From contig JAZJZK010000066.1 in NCBI GenBank assembly GCA_040389905.1, forward strand, positions 4,418-25,004: a stretch of DNA of 20,587 nt. Reading direction: 5' to 3'. A program made the position numbers and the translations under genes. The DNA comes from Gemmatimonadota bacterium. GTDB taxonomy: Bacteria; Gemmatimonadota; Gemmatimonadetes; Gemmatimonadales; Gemmatimonadaceae. This document shows positions 6,870-14,479 of the stretch, in pieces; positions within the stretch are counted from its first letter, which is position 1, and the number at the start of each line of letters is the position of its first letter. The notes beneath the pieces were generated by a model. The model did not search any database. It saw nothing but the letters and a program-made list of their open reading frames with translations, and had not been told where the DNA came from.

Positions 6870-9523
6870 TCCGCAGGCTTTTTCAATATCCATGGAGAAG
6901 CCACGCTGTCATCCGCTCCGACGTGGACGACGAACTTCGTTTCCATCTCGACTCGCGACAGCAGGCGCTCATGGCAACCGGACTTTCCGTTGACGCCGCC
7001 CGCGCGCGCGCCATCCGCGAGTTCGGGGACATCGACGAGGCACGCCGCTACATGCAACACGTCGACAATGACATCGAAACCAACCGGCGAAGGAAGGACT
7101 ATGTGCGCGACGTGATGTACGACCTGAAATACGCACTGCGCTCACTCCGGGTCTCACCGACATTCACCATCGTTGCGGTATTGACGCTCGCGATTGGCAT
7201 TGGCGCCAACACCGCGGTCTTCTCGGTCGTGCACGGCGTCCTGCGGCAACCGCTGCCCTTTCCGAATCCGGAGCGGCTGGTACGAGTATGGTCGGCAAAC
7301 CGCAGTGGCGATTCCCCCAAGGCGTCGGTGTCCGCGGTGGATCTCGACGACTGGCGCGCGCAGCGTCGGCAATTCGAGGACATCGGGGGATGGGAGTTTG
7401 CAAGCGGTGCCAGCGGTCTCGACCTCACTGGCTCGGGCCAGCCCCAACGCGTGTCCACGGCGTTTGTCTCGCCCGGCTTCTTCACCACCCTTGGCGTCGG
7501 CGCATTGCACGGCCGTCTCCCGTACGAGAGCGAAATGGTGCGTGGAGGGGACGATCGTGTGGTGGTGCTCTCGTTCCCGTATTGGCAGCGGAATTTCGGC
7601 GCGTCCACAACCGTGCTGAATACCACCCTCATTCTGAGGGGCGAGCCCTACCGCGTGGTCGGCGTGATGCCGCCGAACTTCCGTTTTCCTTCGCCGAGCG
7701 TCGAGATCTATGTCCCCTTCTCGACCATTCCCGATCAATCCATTCCCCGCATCCGCCCCGTTCGCATCATGGGCGTTGTCGCTCGCCTCAAGCCAAACGT
7801 CACCCTCGATCAGGCGCGCGCGGAAATGAATGTCATCACCGGGCGGCTTGCGGCGCAGTATCCCGAGAATGCGACGTGGACTCATGCCACCGTCCTTCCC
7901 CTCCACGAAGCCATCACGGGCTCCGTTCAGAACGCGCTGCTTGTTCTGTTTGCGGCTGTCACGGGTGTCTTGCTCATGGCATGCGTAAACGTCGCAAGCC
8001 TCGTCTTGACCCGGGCCTCGGCCCGTGAGCGAGAGATCGGCGTTCGTGTCGCCCTCGGAGCGACTCGGGGCCGCATCCTTCGCCAACTGGTCACCGAGAG
8101 CATGGTCCTTGCGCTCGCAGGCGGGGTCCTCGGCATTGGCGTTGCGGTTGTCGGGACGCGCGTGCTCCTGGCGCTCAGCGCCGGCCAACTGCCGCTCAGT
8201 GAGGCTGTCGGCGTGAACCCGACGGTCTTGCTCTTTGCGCTGGGTGCATCCCTGTTCGCCGGAATTCTCTTTGGCGCGGCGCCTGCGCTTCGCGCATCGT
8301 CCACGAACCTTCAGGGCGCACTCCGCGCCGGCGGACGAACGTCTACCGGAGCGTCCACTCGCCTCCGATCCGCATTGGTGATCGCACAGGTGGCATTCGC
8401 TGTCGTGCTGGCGGTCGGGGCTGGACTCACCACGCGCAGCTTCAATGCGCTTCTGCACGTCGATCCGGGCTTTACCCCCGATCACCTGCTCGCTGTGAAC
8501 TTCACCATCAACACCGATCGACACGGCGACACCGCATGGAAGCAGTATTACAGCGACGTCATTACGCGCGTGCGGGCCGTCCCCGGCGTCACGAGTGCGG
8601 GTGCCGCACAGTACGCGCCATTCAAGGGGATGGGTGAGCGAAACGCACTCGTCCCCGTTGGCTACGTGGCACGGCCGGGCGAAGAGCCTCCTGCGTTTCC
8701 GACACAGCGGATCAGCGATGCATACTTTCGCACCATCGGCACACGCATCCTCAGCGGACGGGAGTTTCTTCCCACCGACCGCGGAAACGCTCCACCGGTC
8801 GTCGTCGTGAACGAGGCGTACGCGAAAGCGTTCTTTCCCGGACAGAATGCTGTCGGCAAGGAGCTCACCGTTGGAGGTAGCGGCCGCCTCACGATCGTCG
8901 GAGTCGTCGGCGACATTCGCCAATCGGACGTCGCCGAAGCACCCGGTCCACTCCTCTACGTCAGCAATCTTCAGAACGGCCGAGTGAAGGTGACGCTCGT
9001 GTGTCGTACTGTCGCGGATCCCCTCACCATGACGCGCAGCATTCGCGATGCGATCTGGTCCGTGGATCGCGACCAGCCAATCACGTCGATCTTCACCTTC
9101 AACGACATCATGCAGGAAACCCTCGCGCGTCCGCGTCTCGTCACGGTTCTCTTCGCAGCATTCGGCGTCCTTGGCCTCACGCTCGGCGCGCTCGGCATCT
9201 ATGGCGTCCTGGCATTCCTCGTCACGCAACGACGGCGCGAGATCGGCGTTCGTATCGCGCTCGGCGCGAACGCCCGCCGGGTCTATGCGATGATCATGCG
9301 CCACGGCGTCGGCATGGCGATCGCTGGGTTGGTCATCGGTATTTCGGCGGCACTTGCCCTCTCCCGCTTCGTCCAGTCGCTGCTGTTCGGTATTCCGGCC
9401 ACCGATCCGTACAGCTACGCGGGCGTCGTTCTTCTCTTCCTCTTCGTCGCTACGCTCGCTGGACTGCTACCTGCTCGGCGGGCGATGCGAGTCGATCCCG
9501 TGATCGCCATGCAGCAGGAGTGA
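6866..9523 (+). CDS. Duplicated MacB/FtsX-type ABC permease without ATPase domain (ADOP-like), 885 aa
   Basis: N-terminal permease prefix (DDELRFHLD...RAIREFG), TLAIGIGANTAVFSVV, and two FtsX repeats (REREIGVRVALGA, RRREIGVRIALGA). ATG 6866 overlaps the padR TGA. Confidence 0.93.
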   Translation: MIRRLFQYPWRSHAVIRSDVDDELRFHLDSRQQALMATGLSVDAARARAIREFGDIDEARRYMQHVDNDIETNRRRKDYVRDVMYDLKYALRSLRVSPTFTIVAVLTLAIGIGANTAVFSVVHGVLRQPLPFPNPERLVRVWSANRSGDSPKASVSAVDLDDWRAQRRQFEDIGGWEFASGASGLDLTGSGQPQRVSTAFVSPGFFTTLGVGALHGRLPYESEMVRGGDDRVVVLSFPYWQRNFGASTTVLNTTLILRGEPYRVVGVMPPNFRFPSPSVEIYVPFSTIPDQSIPRIRPVRIMGVVARLKPNVTLDQARAEMNVITGRLAAQYPENATWTHATVLPLHEAITGSVQNALLVLFAAVTGVLLMACVNVASLVLTRASAREREIGVRVALGATRGRILRQLVTESMVLALAGGVLGIGVAVVGTRVLLALSAGQLPLSEAVGVNPTVLLFALGASLFAGILFGAAPALRASSTNLQGALRAGGRTSTGASTRLRSALVIAQVAFAVVLAVGAGLTTRSFNALLHVDPGFTPDHLLAVNFTINTDRHGDTAWKQYYSDVITRVRAVPGVTSAGAAQYAPFKGMGERNALVPVGYVARPGEEPPAFPTQRISDAYFRTIGTRILSGREFLPTDRGNAPPVVVVNEAYAKAFFPGQNAVGKELTVGGSGRLTIVGVVGDIRQSDVAEAPGPLLYVSNLQNGRVKVTLVCRTVADPLTMTRSIRDAIWSVDRDQPITSIFTFNDIMQETLARPRLVTVLFAAFGVLGLTLGALGIYGVLAFLVTQRRREIGVRIALGANARRVYAMIMRHGVGMAIAGLVIGISAALALSRFVQSLLFGIPATDPYSYAGVVLLFLFVATLAGLLPARRAMRVDPVIAMQQE

Positions 9524-9536
9524 GCGCAATTCGCCG

Positions 9537-10199
9537 CTACGCTTCACCAACGGCATCTGTCTCGTCGAGCCCGTTCGCCACCGCATCCATCGCGCGCCGG
9601 ATGTCATCACCGTCATAGCCGCGGCGGGCAAGGAAACCGTACAACCGCCGCTTCCGCACGAGCGGCTCGAGCTTCACCAGTGAGCGCAGCTTCTTCCGCG
9701 CGGCGGCCTCCACGAGTGCGCGCTGGTCCACGCCCTCCTCGTCGAAGACGGTGTCGATGGCGTCGTCACTGACATCGCGCGCGATGCCCTTTCGCGCGAG
9801 CTGCTGTTGCACTCGCCGGCGCGACTGATTCGCGCCGAGCACCTTCGCGCGAGTGAACGATCGCGCAAACGCAGCATCATCGAGAAAGCCCTGCTCCGTC
9901 AGCTTCTCGATCGCGCAATCAACGAGCGCCTTGTCCTCGCCCTTCCGCACGAGCGCTCGCGCGAGTTCGGTCGCGGAGCGGCCACGAAATGCGAGCATGG
10001 CAATCGCGCGATCGTAGACTTTGAGTTGCGCATGCTCGCGCGCAATGCGCTCGGTCATGTCGGCGACGTTCTTTCCAATCGCCATACCGAGTCGCTCGAT
10101 CGCGTCGAGCGAGAGTGTCGCAGCGATTTCACCATCGACGAACACGTCGAATCTTGCGGGTCGTCGCGCAGTTGGCTGGATCGCAGATATCACAGACAT
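9537..10199 (-). CDS. recX: Regulatory protein RecX (long form with N-terminal extension)
   Basis: LAFRGRSATEL, GFLDDAAFA, QQLARKGI, LYGFLARRGY; lies downstream of recA. Confidence 0.92.
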   Translation of the reverse strand: MSVISAIQPTARRPARFDVFVDGEIAATLSLDAIERLGMAIGKNVADMTERIAREHAQLKVYDRAIAMLAFRGRSATELARALVRKGEDKALVDCAIEKLTEQGFLDDAAFARSFTRAKVLGANQSRRRVQQQLARKGIARDVSDDAIDTVFDEEGVDQRALVEAAARKKLRSLVKLEPLVRKRRLYGFLARRGYDGDDIRRAMDAVANGLDETDAVGEA

Positions 10200-10334
10200 G
10201 GCACGCGAGAAGTTATCAAGACACCACGCTTACAACACAATCCAGCATCACGATGCAGTTATCAACATCGGCGTGAATGGCGACGATACGGAGTTGGACG
10301 GATACCGTCAAAACGTTGTAGATAAACGACTTAG

Positions 10335-10423
10335 ATAAAATAAGAAACCGAGGAGCTCCTCTGTCACGCTGGGGATTCCGGGCCCCATCGATTCCAGAGA
10401 GCGCGCCCTCGGCTCCTTATGTA
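10335..10423 (-). ncRNA. Candidate structured small RNA (~90 nt, rod-like hairpin), unassigned to any family
   Basis: 14-bp closing stem AUAAGGAGCCGAGG/CCUCGGUUUCUUAU with two G.U pairs, inner stems GCUC-UCUG/CAGA-GAGC and UGGGG/CCCCA, U-rich 3' end, promoter-like sequence immediately upstream. Confidence 0.55.
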
Positions 10424-10429
10424 CTCAAC

Positions 10430-10458
10430 ATACTAACCTAATCCCGCTTTTGTTGCAC
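10430..10458 (-). promoter_or_regulatory. Sigma70-like promoter GTGCAA-N17-TAGTAT for the candidate sRNA
   Basis: -35 at 10453-10458, -10 at 10430-10435, 17-nt spacer; predicted +1 near 10423, about 3 nt before the stem. Confidence 0.5.
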
Positions 10459-10501
10459 GGGTTTTGTCACGTTTTCTCTTGTCGCACGAGCAGTGCCAAT
10501 A

Positions 10502-10528
10502 GACGACTCCTGAGTCCGCCAGGACGTC
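10502..10528 (-). terminator. Hairpin just downstream of recA stop (possible terminator or 3' stabiliser)
   Basis: GACG-TCCTG...CAGGA-(GT)-CGTC with a 2-nt bulge; only a weak U tract (UAUU) follows. Confidence 0.3.
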
Positions 10529-10533
10529 ACGGC

Positions 10534-11577
10534 CTACTCTGCCTCATCTGCCTCGGGGACCCCAGCCTGATCCGCCCCAATCCCCAACACAACCTTCACC
10601 TTTTCCTCGATCTCGGCAAGAATCGCCGGGTTGTCCCGAAGGTACATCTTCGCGTTTTCACGGCCCTGGCCGATCTTTTGGCCATTATAGCTGTACCACG
10701 CCCCCGACTTCTCGATGATCCCGGATTCCGCCCCGATGTCCACCAGAAGGGACGTATGGCTGATCCCCTCCGCATACATGATGTCGAACTCGGCCTGCTT
10801 GAAGGGGGGCGCCACCTTGTTCTTCACCACCTTCACGCGGACGTGCGACCCGACGATCTCCTCCTTCTCCTTCACCGGGCCAATCCGGCGAATATCCAAG
10901 CGGACTGAAGCGTAGAACTTGAGCGCCTTGCCCCCCGTGGTCGTCTCCGGGTTGCCGAACATGACGCCGATCTTCTCGCGAAGCTGGTTGATGAAGATCA
11001 CGATCGTCTTGGACCGGGCGATCGAACCGGTCAGCTTGCGCAGCGCCTGACTCATCAGGCGGGCCTGAAGCCCCATGTGCGACTCGCCCATGTCGCCCTC
11101 GATTTCCGCCTTCGGCACCAGCGCCGCCACGGAGTCGATGACCACGATGTCCACGGCACCCGACCGAACGAGGATTTCACAAATCTCCAGGGCCTGCTCC
11201 CCTGTATCCGGCTGTGAGATGAGGAGCGCCTCGACGTCCACACCGAGCTTGCGAGCGTATTCCGTGTCGAGCGCGTGCTCCGCGTCGATGAACGCGGCCA
11301 CGCCACCCATGCGCTGCGCATTCGCCACGACGTGGAGACACAACGTCGTCTTTCCACTCGATTCCGGCCCGTAGATCTCCGTCACGCGACCGCGCGGAAT
11401 GCCTCCCACGCCGATCGCCGCGTCCAGATTGATCGCACCAGTCGGAACCGCCTCGACCCGCACCTTCTCCTTCGCGTCCATCCGCATGATGGACCCCTTG
11501 CCGCAGCTCTTCTCGATCTGCGCGATCGCAAGGTTCAACGCCTTCTTCTTGTCGTCTGCAATCGTGGACACGGCCAT
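10534..11577 (-). CDS. recA: Recombinase RecA (347 aa)
   Basis: GPESSGKTT Walker [65 protein letters not shown] at 11577 has GAGAGG upstream. Confidence 0.99.
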   Translation of the reverse strand: MAVSTIADDKKKALNLAIAQIEKSCGKGSIMRMDAKEKVRVEAVPTGAINLDAAIGVGGIPRGRVTEIYGPESSGKTTLCLHVVANAQRMGGVAAFIDAEHALDTEYARKLGVDVEALLISQPDTGEQALEICEILVRSGAVDIVVIDSVAALVPKAEIEGDMGESHMGLQARLMSQALRKLTGSIARSKTIVIFINQLREKIGVMFGNPETTTGGKALKFYASVRLDIRRIGPVKEKEEIVGSHVRVKVVKNKVAPPFKQAEFDIMYAEGISHTSLLVDIGAESGIIEKSGAWYSYNGQKIGQGRENAKMYLRDNPAILAEIEEKVKVVLGIGADQAGVPEADEAE

Positions 11578-11660
11578 TGTCGGTAAAGCCTCTCGTTTGT
11601 CGTGGATTCCCTGGCCCACGCGGGCATAAGCGTATCGGAAGAGCAGTCCATCCGTTACCC

Positions 11661-11693
11661 GAACAGAATACGAAGATGGTGACCCGAAATCAA
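11661..11693 (-). promoter_or_regulatory. recA promoter TTGATT-N17-TATTCT with LexA-like box CTTC-N7-GTTC over the -10
   Basis: -35 at 11688-11693 (overlaps the yraN stop), -10 at 11665-11670, box at 11661-11675 (plus strand GAAC-AGAATAC-GAAG). Confidence 0.6.
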
Positions 11694-12064
11694 GCCGAAA
11701 GGTGCAGGGCGAACGCGCCTTCTACATGACGCACCCGAACACGCGTGCCGTCGAGCAGAACGCCGACCACATCGAACCGGTACGCCTCATCAGGGCGCCC
11801 ATGGCGAGCGACCCAGACGCGAGCAGAACGCCCTAACTCCTTCTGCTTGCGCCAGTTGCACGCCGCGACCGGATCGCCGAACCGATCCCCCTGCCTCGCC
11901 TTCACCTCGACAAACGCCACCAACCCATCCCGCTCGGCAACCAGATCGATGTCGCGATGACCTGTTCGGAAGCGGCGCTGGACAATGCGCCAGCCATGCT
12001 CCCGAAGCCACCGTTCGGCGATCCGCTCCCCCAATTCACCAAGTGCCTGCCTGGCCGCTGACAT
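11690..12064 (-). CDS. yraN: YraN/UPF0102 family putative endonuclease (124 aa)
   Basis: [42 protein letters not shown]; start MSAARQ at 12064. Confidence 0.92.
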   Translation of the reverse strand: MSAARQALGELGERIAERWLREHGWRIVQRRFRTGHRDIDLVAERDGLVAFVEVKARQGDRFGDPVAACNWRKQKELGRSARVWVARHGRPDEAYRFDVVGVLLDGTRVRVRHVEGAFALHLSA

Positions 12065-12162
12065 GAGCCAAGGATACTGCGCGCCGTCCAAAACGCGTCA
12101 CCATATGAACGCACCAACGTATCAAACGAACGCACGCCGCTTTCGTCGTGTGGAGTGCTCAC

Positions 12163-12213
12163 TTGCGCCGGGGTTCCTGACCGGTAGACTCCGCTGAGTT
12201 TCTTGCGCGGAGT
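12163..12213 (+). promoter_or_regulatory. Putative promoter TTGCGC-N16-TAGACT with inverted repeat ACTCCGC/GCGGAGT covering the -10 end and the SD of the methyltransferase
   Basis: -35 at 12163-12168, -10 at 12185-12190, repeat arms at 12188-12194 and 12207-12213. Confidence 0.35.
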
Positions 12214-12216
12214 GCC

Positions 12217-12960
12217 ATGATGCTTCAGCGGATCAGAGCCAGCATTCCAGCGCCGGTCAAACGTGGCGTGAGACACGCGTTGCTCGACCCCATTGGACAG
12301 CGAGTCCGCGACTGGCAGCTGCGCGCGATGATCCGACAGCTCCGCGCCGGGGCATCCCTGACGCGATCGAAGGCGATGCGACTGCGCGAGGTCTGGGGGA
12401 ACAAGGGTTTTTCTGCGGACTGCAGTTTTCTCCTCGAAGTCGCGCGCTCGGTTGCATGCAGTTCAGGCCCCGTCCTCGAGTGTGGAACGGGACTAACCAC
12501 CGTCGTCGCGGCGTTGGCGGCAGAGCAGAAAGGCACGTCGGTTTGGTGCCTGGAACAGGACCCCGAATGGGCGGCCGCCGTTCGACGTCGCCTCCGGATG
12601 CACGGCATCGCCAACGTCGAAGTGCGGGTCGCCCCTCTACGCGAGTATGAGGGGTTCGCGTGGTACAACCTCGCCGATGTCGAGCTCCCGCAGCACTTCG
12701 CGCTCGTCGTCTGCGACGGCCCCGCGATCTTCGAACCCACGCCGTTCGCGGCGGCGTGGAGGTACGGTGTGATTCCCATACTCGCGGAGCGAAGGGTTCA
12801 CGTCTCGGAACTTCTCCTCGACGATGCCGACGACCCCCGTGCCAGCCGCTTGCTCTCCCACTGGGCGACGGAATTCGGGGTGAATTATCGCGTCGTCGAT
12901 ACTGGAGACGGCAAGTGGGCGCGCGTAATTCCGGAGCCTCCGCAGAGAGATGACCCTTGA
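12217..12960 (+). CDS. Class I SAM-dependent methyltransferase (glycan/surface-modification-like)
   Basis: Motif I VLECGTGLTT, acidic residue after the second beta strand (CLEQD), LVVCDGP, LLLDDA; GGAG upstream. Confidence 0.8.
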   Translation: MMLQRIRASIPAPVKRGVRHALLDPIGQRVRDWQLRAMIRQLRAGASLTRSKAMRLREVWGNKGFSADCSFLLEVARSVACSSGPVLECGTGLTTVVAALAAEQKGTSVWCLEQDPEWAAAVRRRLRMHGIANVEVRVAPLREYEGFAWYNLADVELPQHFALVVCDGPAIFEPTPFAAAWRYGVIPILAERRVHVSELLLDDADDPRASRLLSHWATEFGVNYRVVDTGDGKWARVIPEPPQRDDP

Positions 12961-13171
12961 CGCCGACGTCGATGTCCTTGGCGCGGTTATCGGCTTGTCA
13001 GGCGTCGGCGAGTCTGTGGCCCTCGGTGGATGGGTGTACGGTTTCCTCGGTCCGATTGGCACGCTTGTCGGGATGCGGCGTGGTTGGGTCGCACTCTGGC
13101 GGGTAGAAGGACTAAGGCGCAGCTTACCGGAACCGCTCCCGCGGTCTGCACCCACCCGAACCGAGTCCGCC

Positions 13172-13717
13172 ATGTCGACACGCAGTGCGTCGTCCCGAAA
13201 CATTGCCTCGTTTTTTGGCCGCGGCGCACTCGTGTGCATGCTTGCTGCCCTTTGTGGAGGCAAGCCCGCGTTGGCGCAGACGGCGCCGCCGGAGCGCCTT
13301 GGCGTCATGGTGACTGGACTCCGAACCGCCGACTCCTTGAGCCGTGCCGCGGCGAAGATGGTGGAGTACGATATCGCCTCGCTCAACCCGAGGCAGATCT
13401 GGCTCGTTTCATCGTATGATGTCGAGCAGGTCGTCAAGCAGGCCGGCATGGCCGGCAAACAAATGACCGAGAGCGACGTGCGCGAGCTCGGGAAGTTGCT
13501 CAGGACCGACGTGACCATCGACGTCAAAGTCGAACGCGCCAGTGACGGGCTGGAGCTTTCGGCAATTCGCGTCACGTCGCCGCCGAAGGGCCAGAAAGGG
13601 GTCGTGTCGGAGGCATTCACTGTCGTTCGGGCGCCGACCATGGATGCGCTGTCGAAGTCCTTCGCGCGGCAAGTCGTTGATTTGCCCCTGAAATCCTGGT
13701 TTCGTCCCGCACCATAA
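13172..13717 (+). CDS. Hypothetical secreted protein (~181 aa, signal peptide ending PALA/Q)
   Basis: Hydrophobic GALVCMLAALCGGKPALAQ followed by a protein-like alpha/beta region. Start uncertain (13172 or 13238); the ORF track extends it to 12950. Confidence 0.6.
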   Translation: MSTRSASSRNIASFFGRGALVCMLAALCGGKPALAQTAPPERLGVMVTGLRTADSLSRAAAKMVEYDIASLNPRQIWLVSSYDVEQVVKQAGMAGKQMTESDVRELGKLLRTDVTIDVKVERASDGLELSAIRVTSPPKGQKGVVSEAFTVVRAPTMDALSKSFARQVVDLPLKSWFRPAP

Positions 13718-13732
13718 GAGCCGCGGCTCGGA

Positions 13733-14479
13733 CTACGGAATCAGGTCGGATCTCAGCACACCACCACCTACCGCCTGTTCGCTCCGGATCACGCGCGCAT
13801 CGTCGCGCGTGATCCAGAGCCGTTGCTCGATCGCGCCTGCACGAAGCGCCACGCGCCAGCAGTCGGCCGACCTGCGCCCCACTGCAATCCGTTCCGTGCG
13901 CTCAACCACGATTTCTGCGGGTAGCAATTTCGGCAGAGGCCCATCCACGAGCACCAGTGTTGCCGCCGAGCGATAACCCTCGCGCAGTGGAAGCATCTCG
14001 ATGACGCGCTCGGCCATCCCCGCGCTCAAGAGCGCGTTCGCCGGCAATGCGATGGTGAACGACGCGCGTCCCTGATACGTCTCGACGACGCCGAACGCGG
14101 AATCGCGGGTGATGGATGCGCCCATCCACGCCTTCCCGTTCGTCGCCGTCCATCGTTCCGGAGAGAGATCCGCCCGAGACACCGACACAGAATCCGTCGT
14201 CTCGATCATTGTACCGCGACGGGACTCCGCGACCAGCCAGCTCGGATTGCCGCCGAGTGGCGTGTCGGATACGGTCACGACGCGGTTGCCGAGTTGGAGG
14301 ATGGATCCGTCGAGTTTCGCGAGCGAGAGCGCGTAGGTGAGAGTGCCGGCGCGCATGAGTGCCCCATTCGGGCGCTCGAACGATACGAGGCTATCGGCGG
14401 TCGCCTGTGCCGACGCGGGAACTGCGATCAGCAGCGCGGCGACAGCAGCACAGACGCGCTTGACGGGACGATCCAACAT
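13733..14479 (-). CDS. Hypothetical secreted beta-rich protein (248 aa)
   Basis: ATG at 14479 overlaps the ftsK TGA (TGATG); signal peptide KRVCAAVAALLIAVPASAQA; C-terminal DCWRV...QRLWITRD resembles DUF3108-like proteins (weak resemblance). Confidence 0.75.
   Translation of the reverse strand: MLDRPVKRVCAAVAALLIAVPASAQATADSLVSFERPNGALMRAGTLTYALSLAKLDGSILQLGNRVVTVSDTPLGGNPSWLVAESRRGTMIETTDSVSVSRADLSPERWTATNGKAWMGASITRDSAFGVVETYQGRASFTIALPANALLSAGMAERVIEMLPLREGYRSAATLVLVDGPLPKLLPAEIVVERTERIAVGRRSADCWRVALRAGAIEQRLWITRDDARVIRSEQAVGGGVLRSDLIP

Noticed and set aside
7154..9304. 716-aa ORF antisense to the permease
   Set aside because: Fully overlaps a well-supported gene and has no recognisable motifs; typical shadow ORF from high-GC codon bias.
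10340..10420. SRP RNA, 6S RNA or tRNA identity for the intergenic hairpin
   Set aside because: No SRP internal-loop motif (CAGG/AGCAG) with GNRA tetraloop, too short for 6S with no large central bubble, and no cloverleaf or TTCGA loop.
10450..10908. 152-aa plus-strand ORF entering the recA-recX gap
   Set aside because: Mostly antisense to recA, with a TTG start, no SD and no protein-like features.
11690..12960. Restriction-modification or defence pair (YraN nuclease plus methyltransferase)
   Set aside because: The genes are divergent, YraN is a common housekeeping-associated family, and the methyltransferase lacks DNA-MTase catalytic motifs (DPPY/NPPY/PC).
12950..13171. Extended N-terminus of the secreted hypothetical, or the 334-aa antisense ORF at 12637-13641
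   Set aside because: No SD or motif support; the signal peptide fits a start at 13172 or later; the antisense ORF overlaps two better-supported genes.
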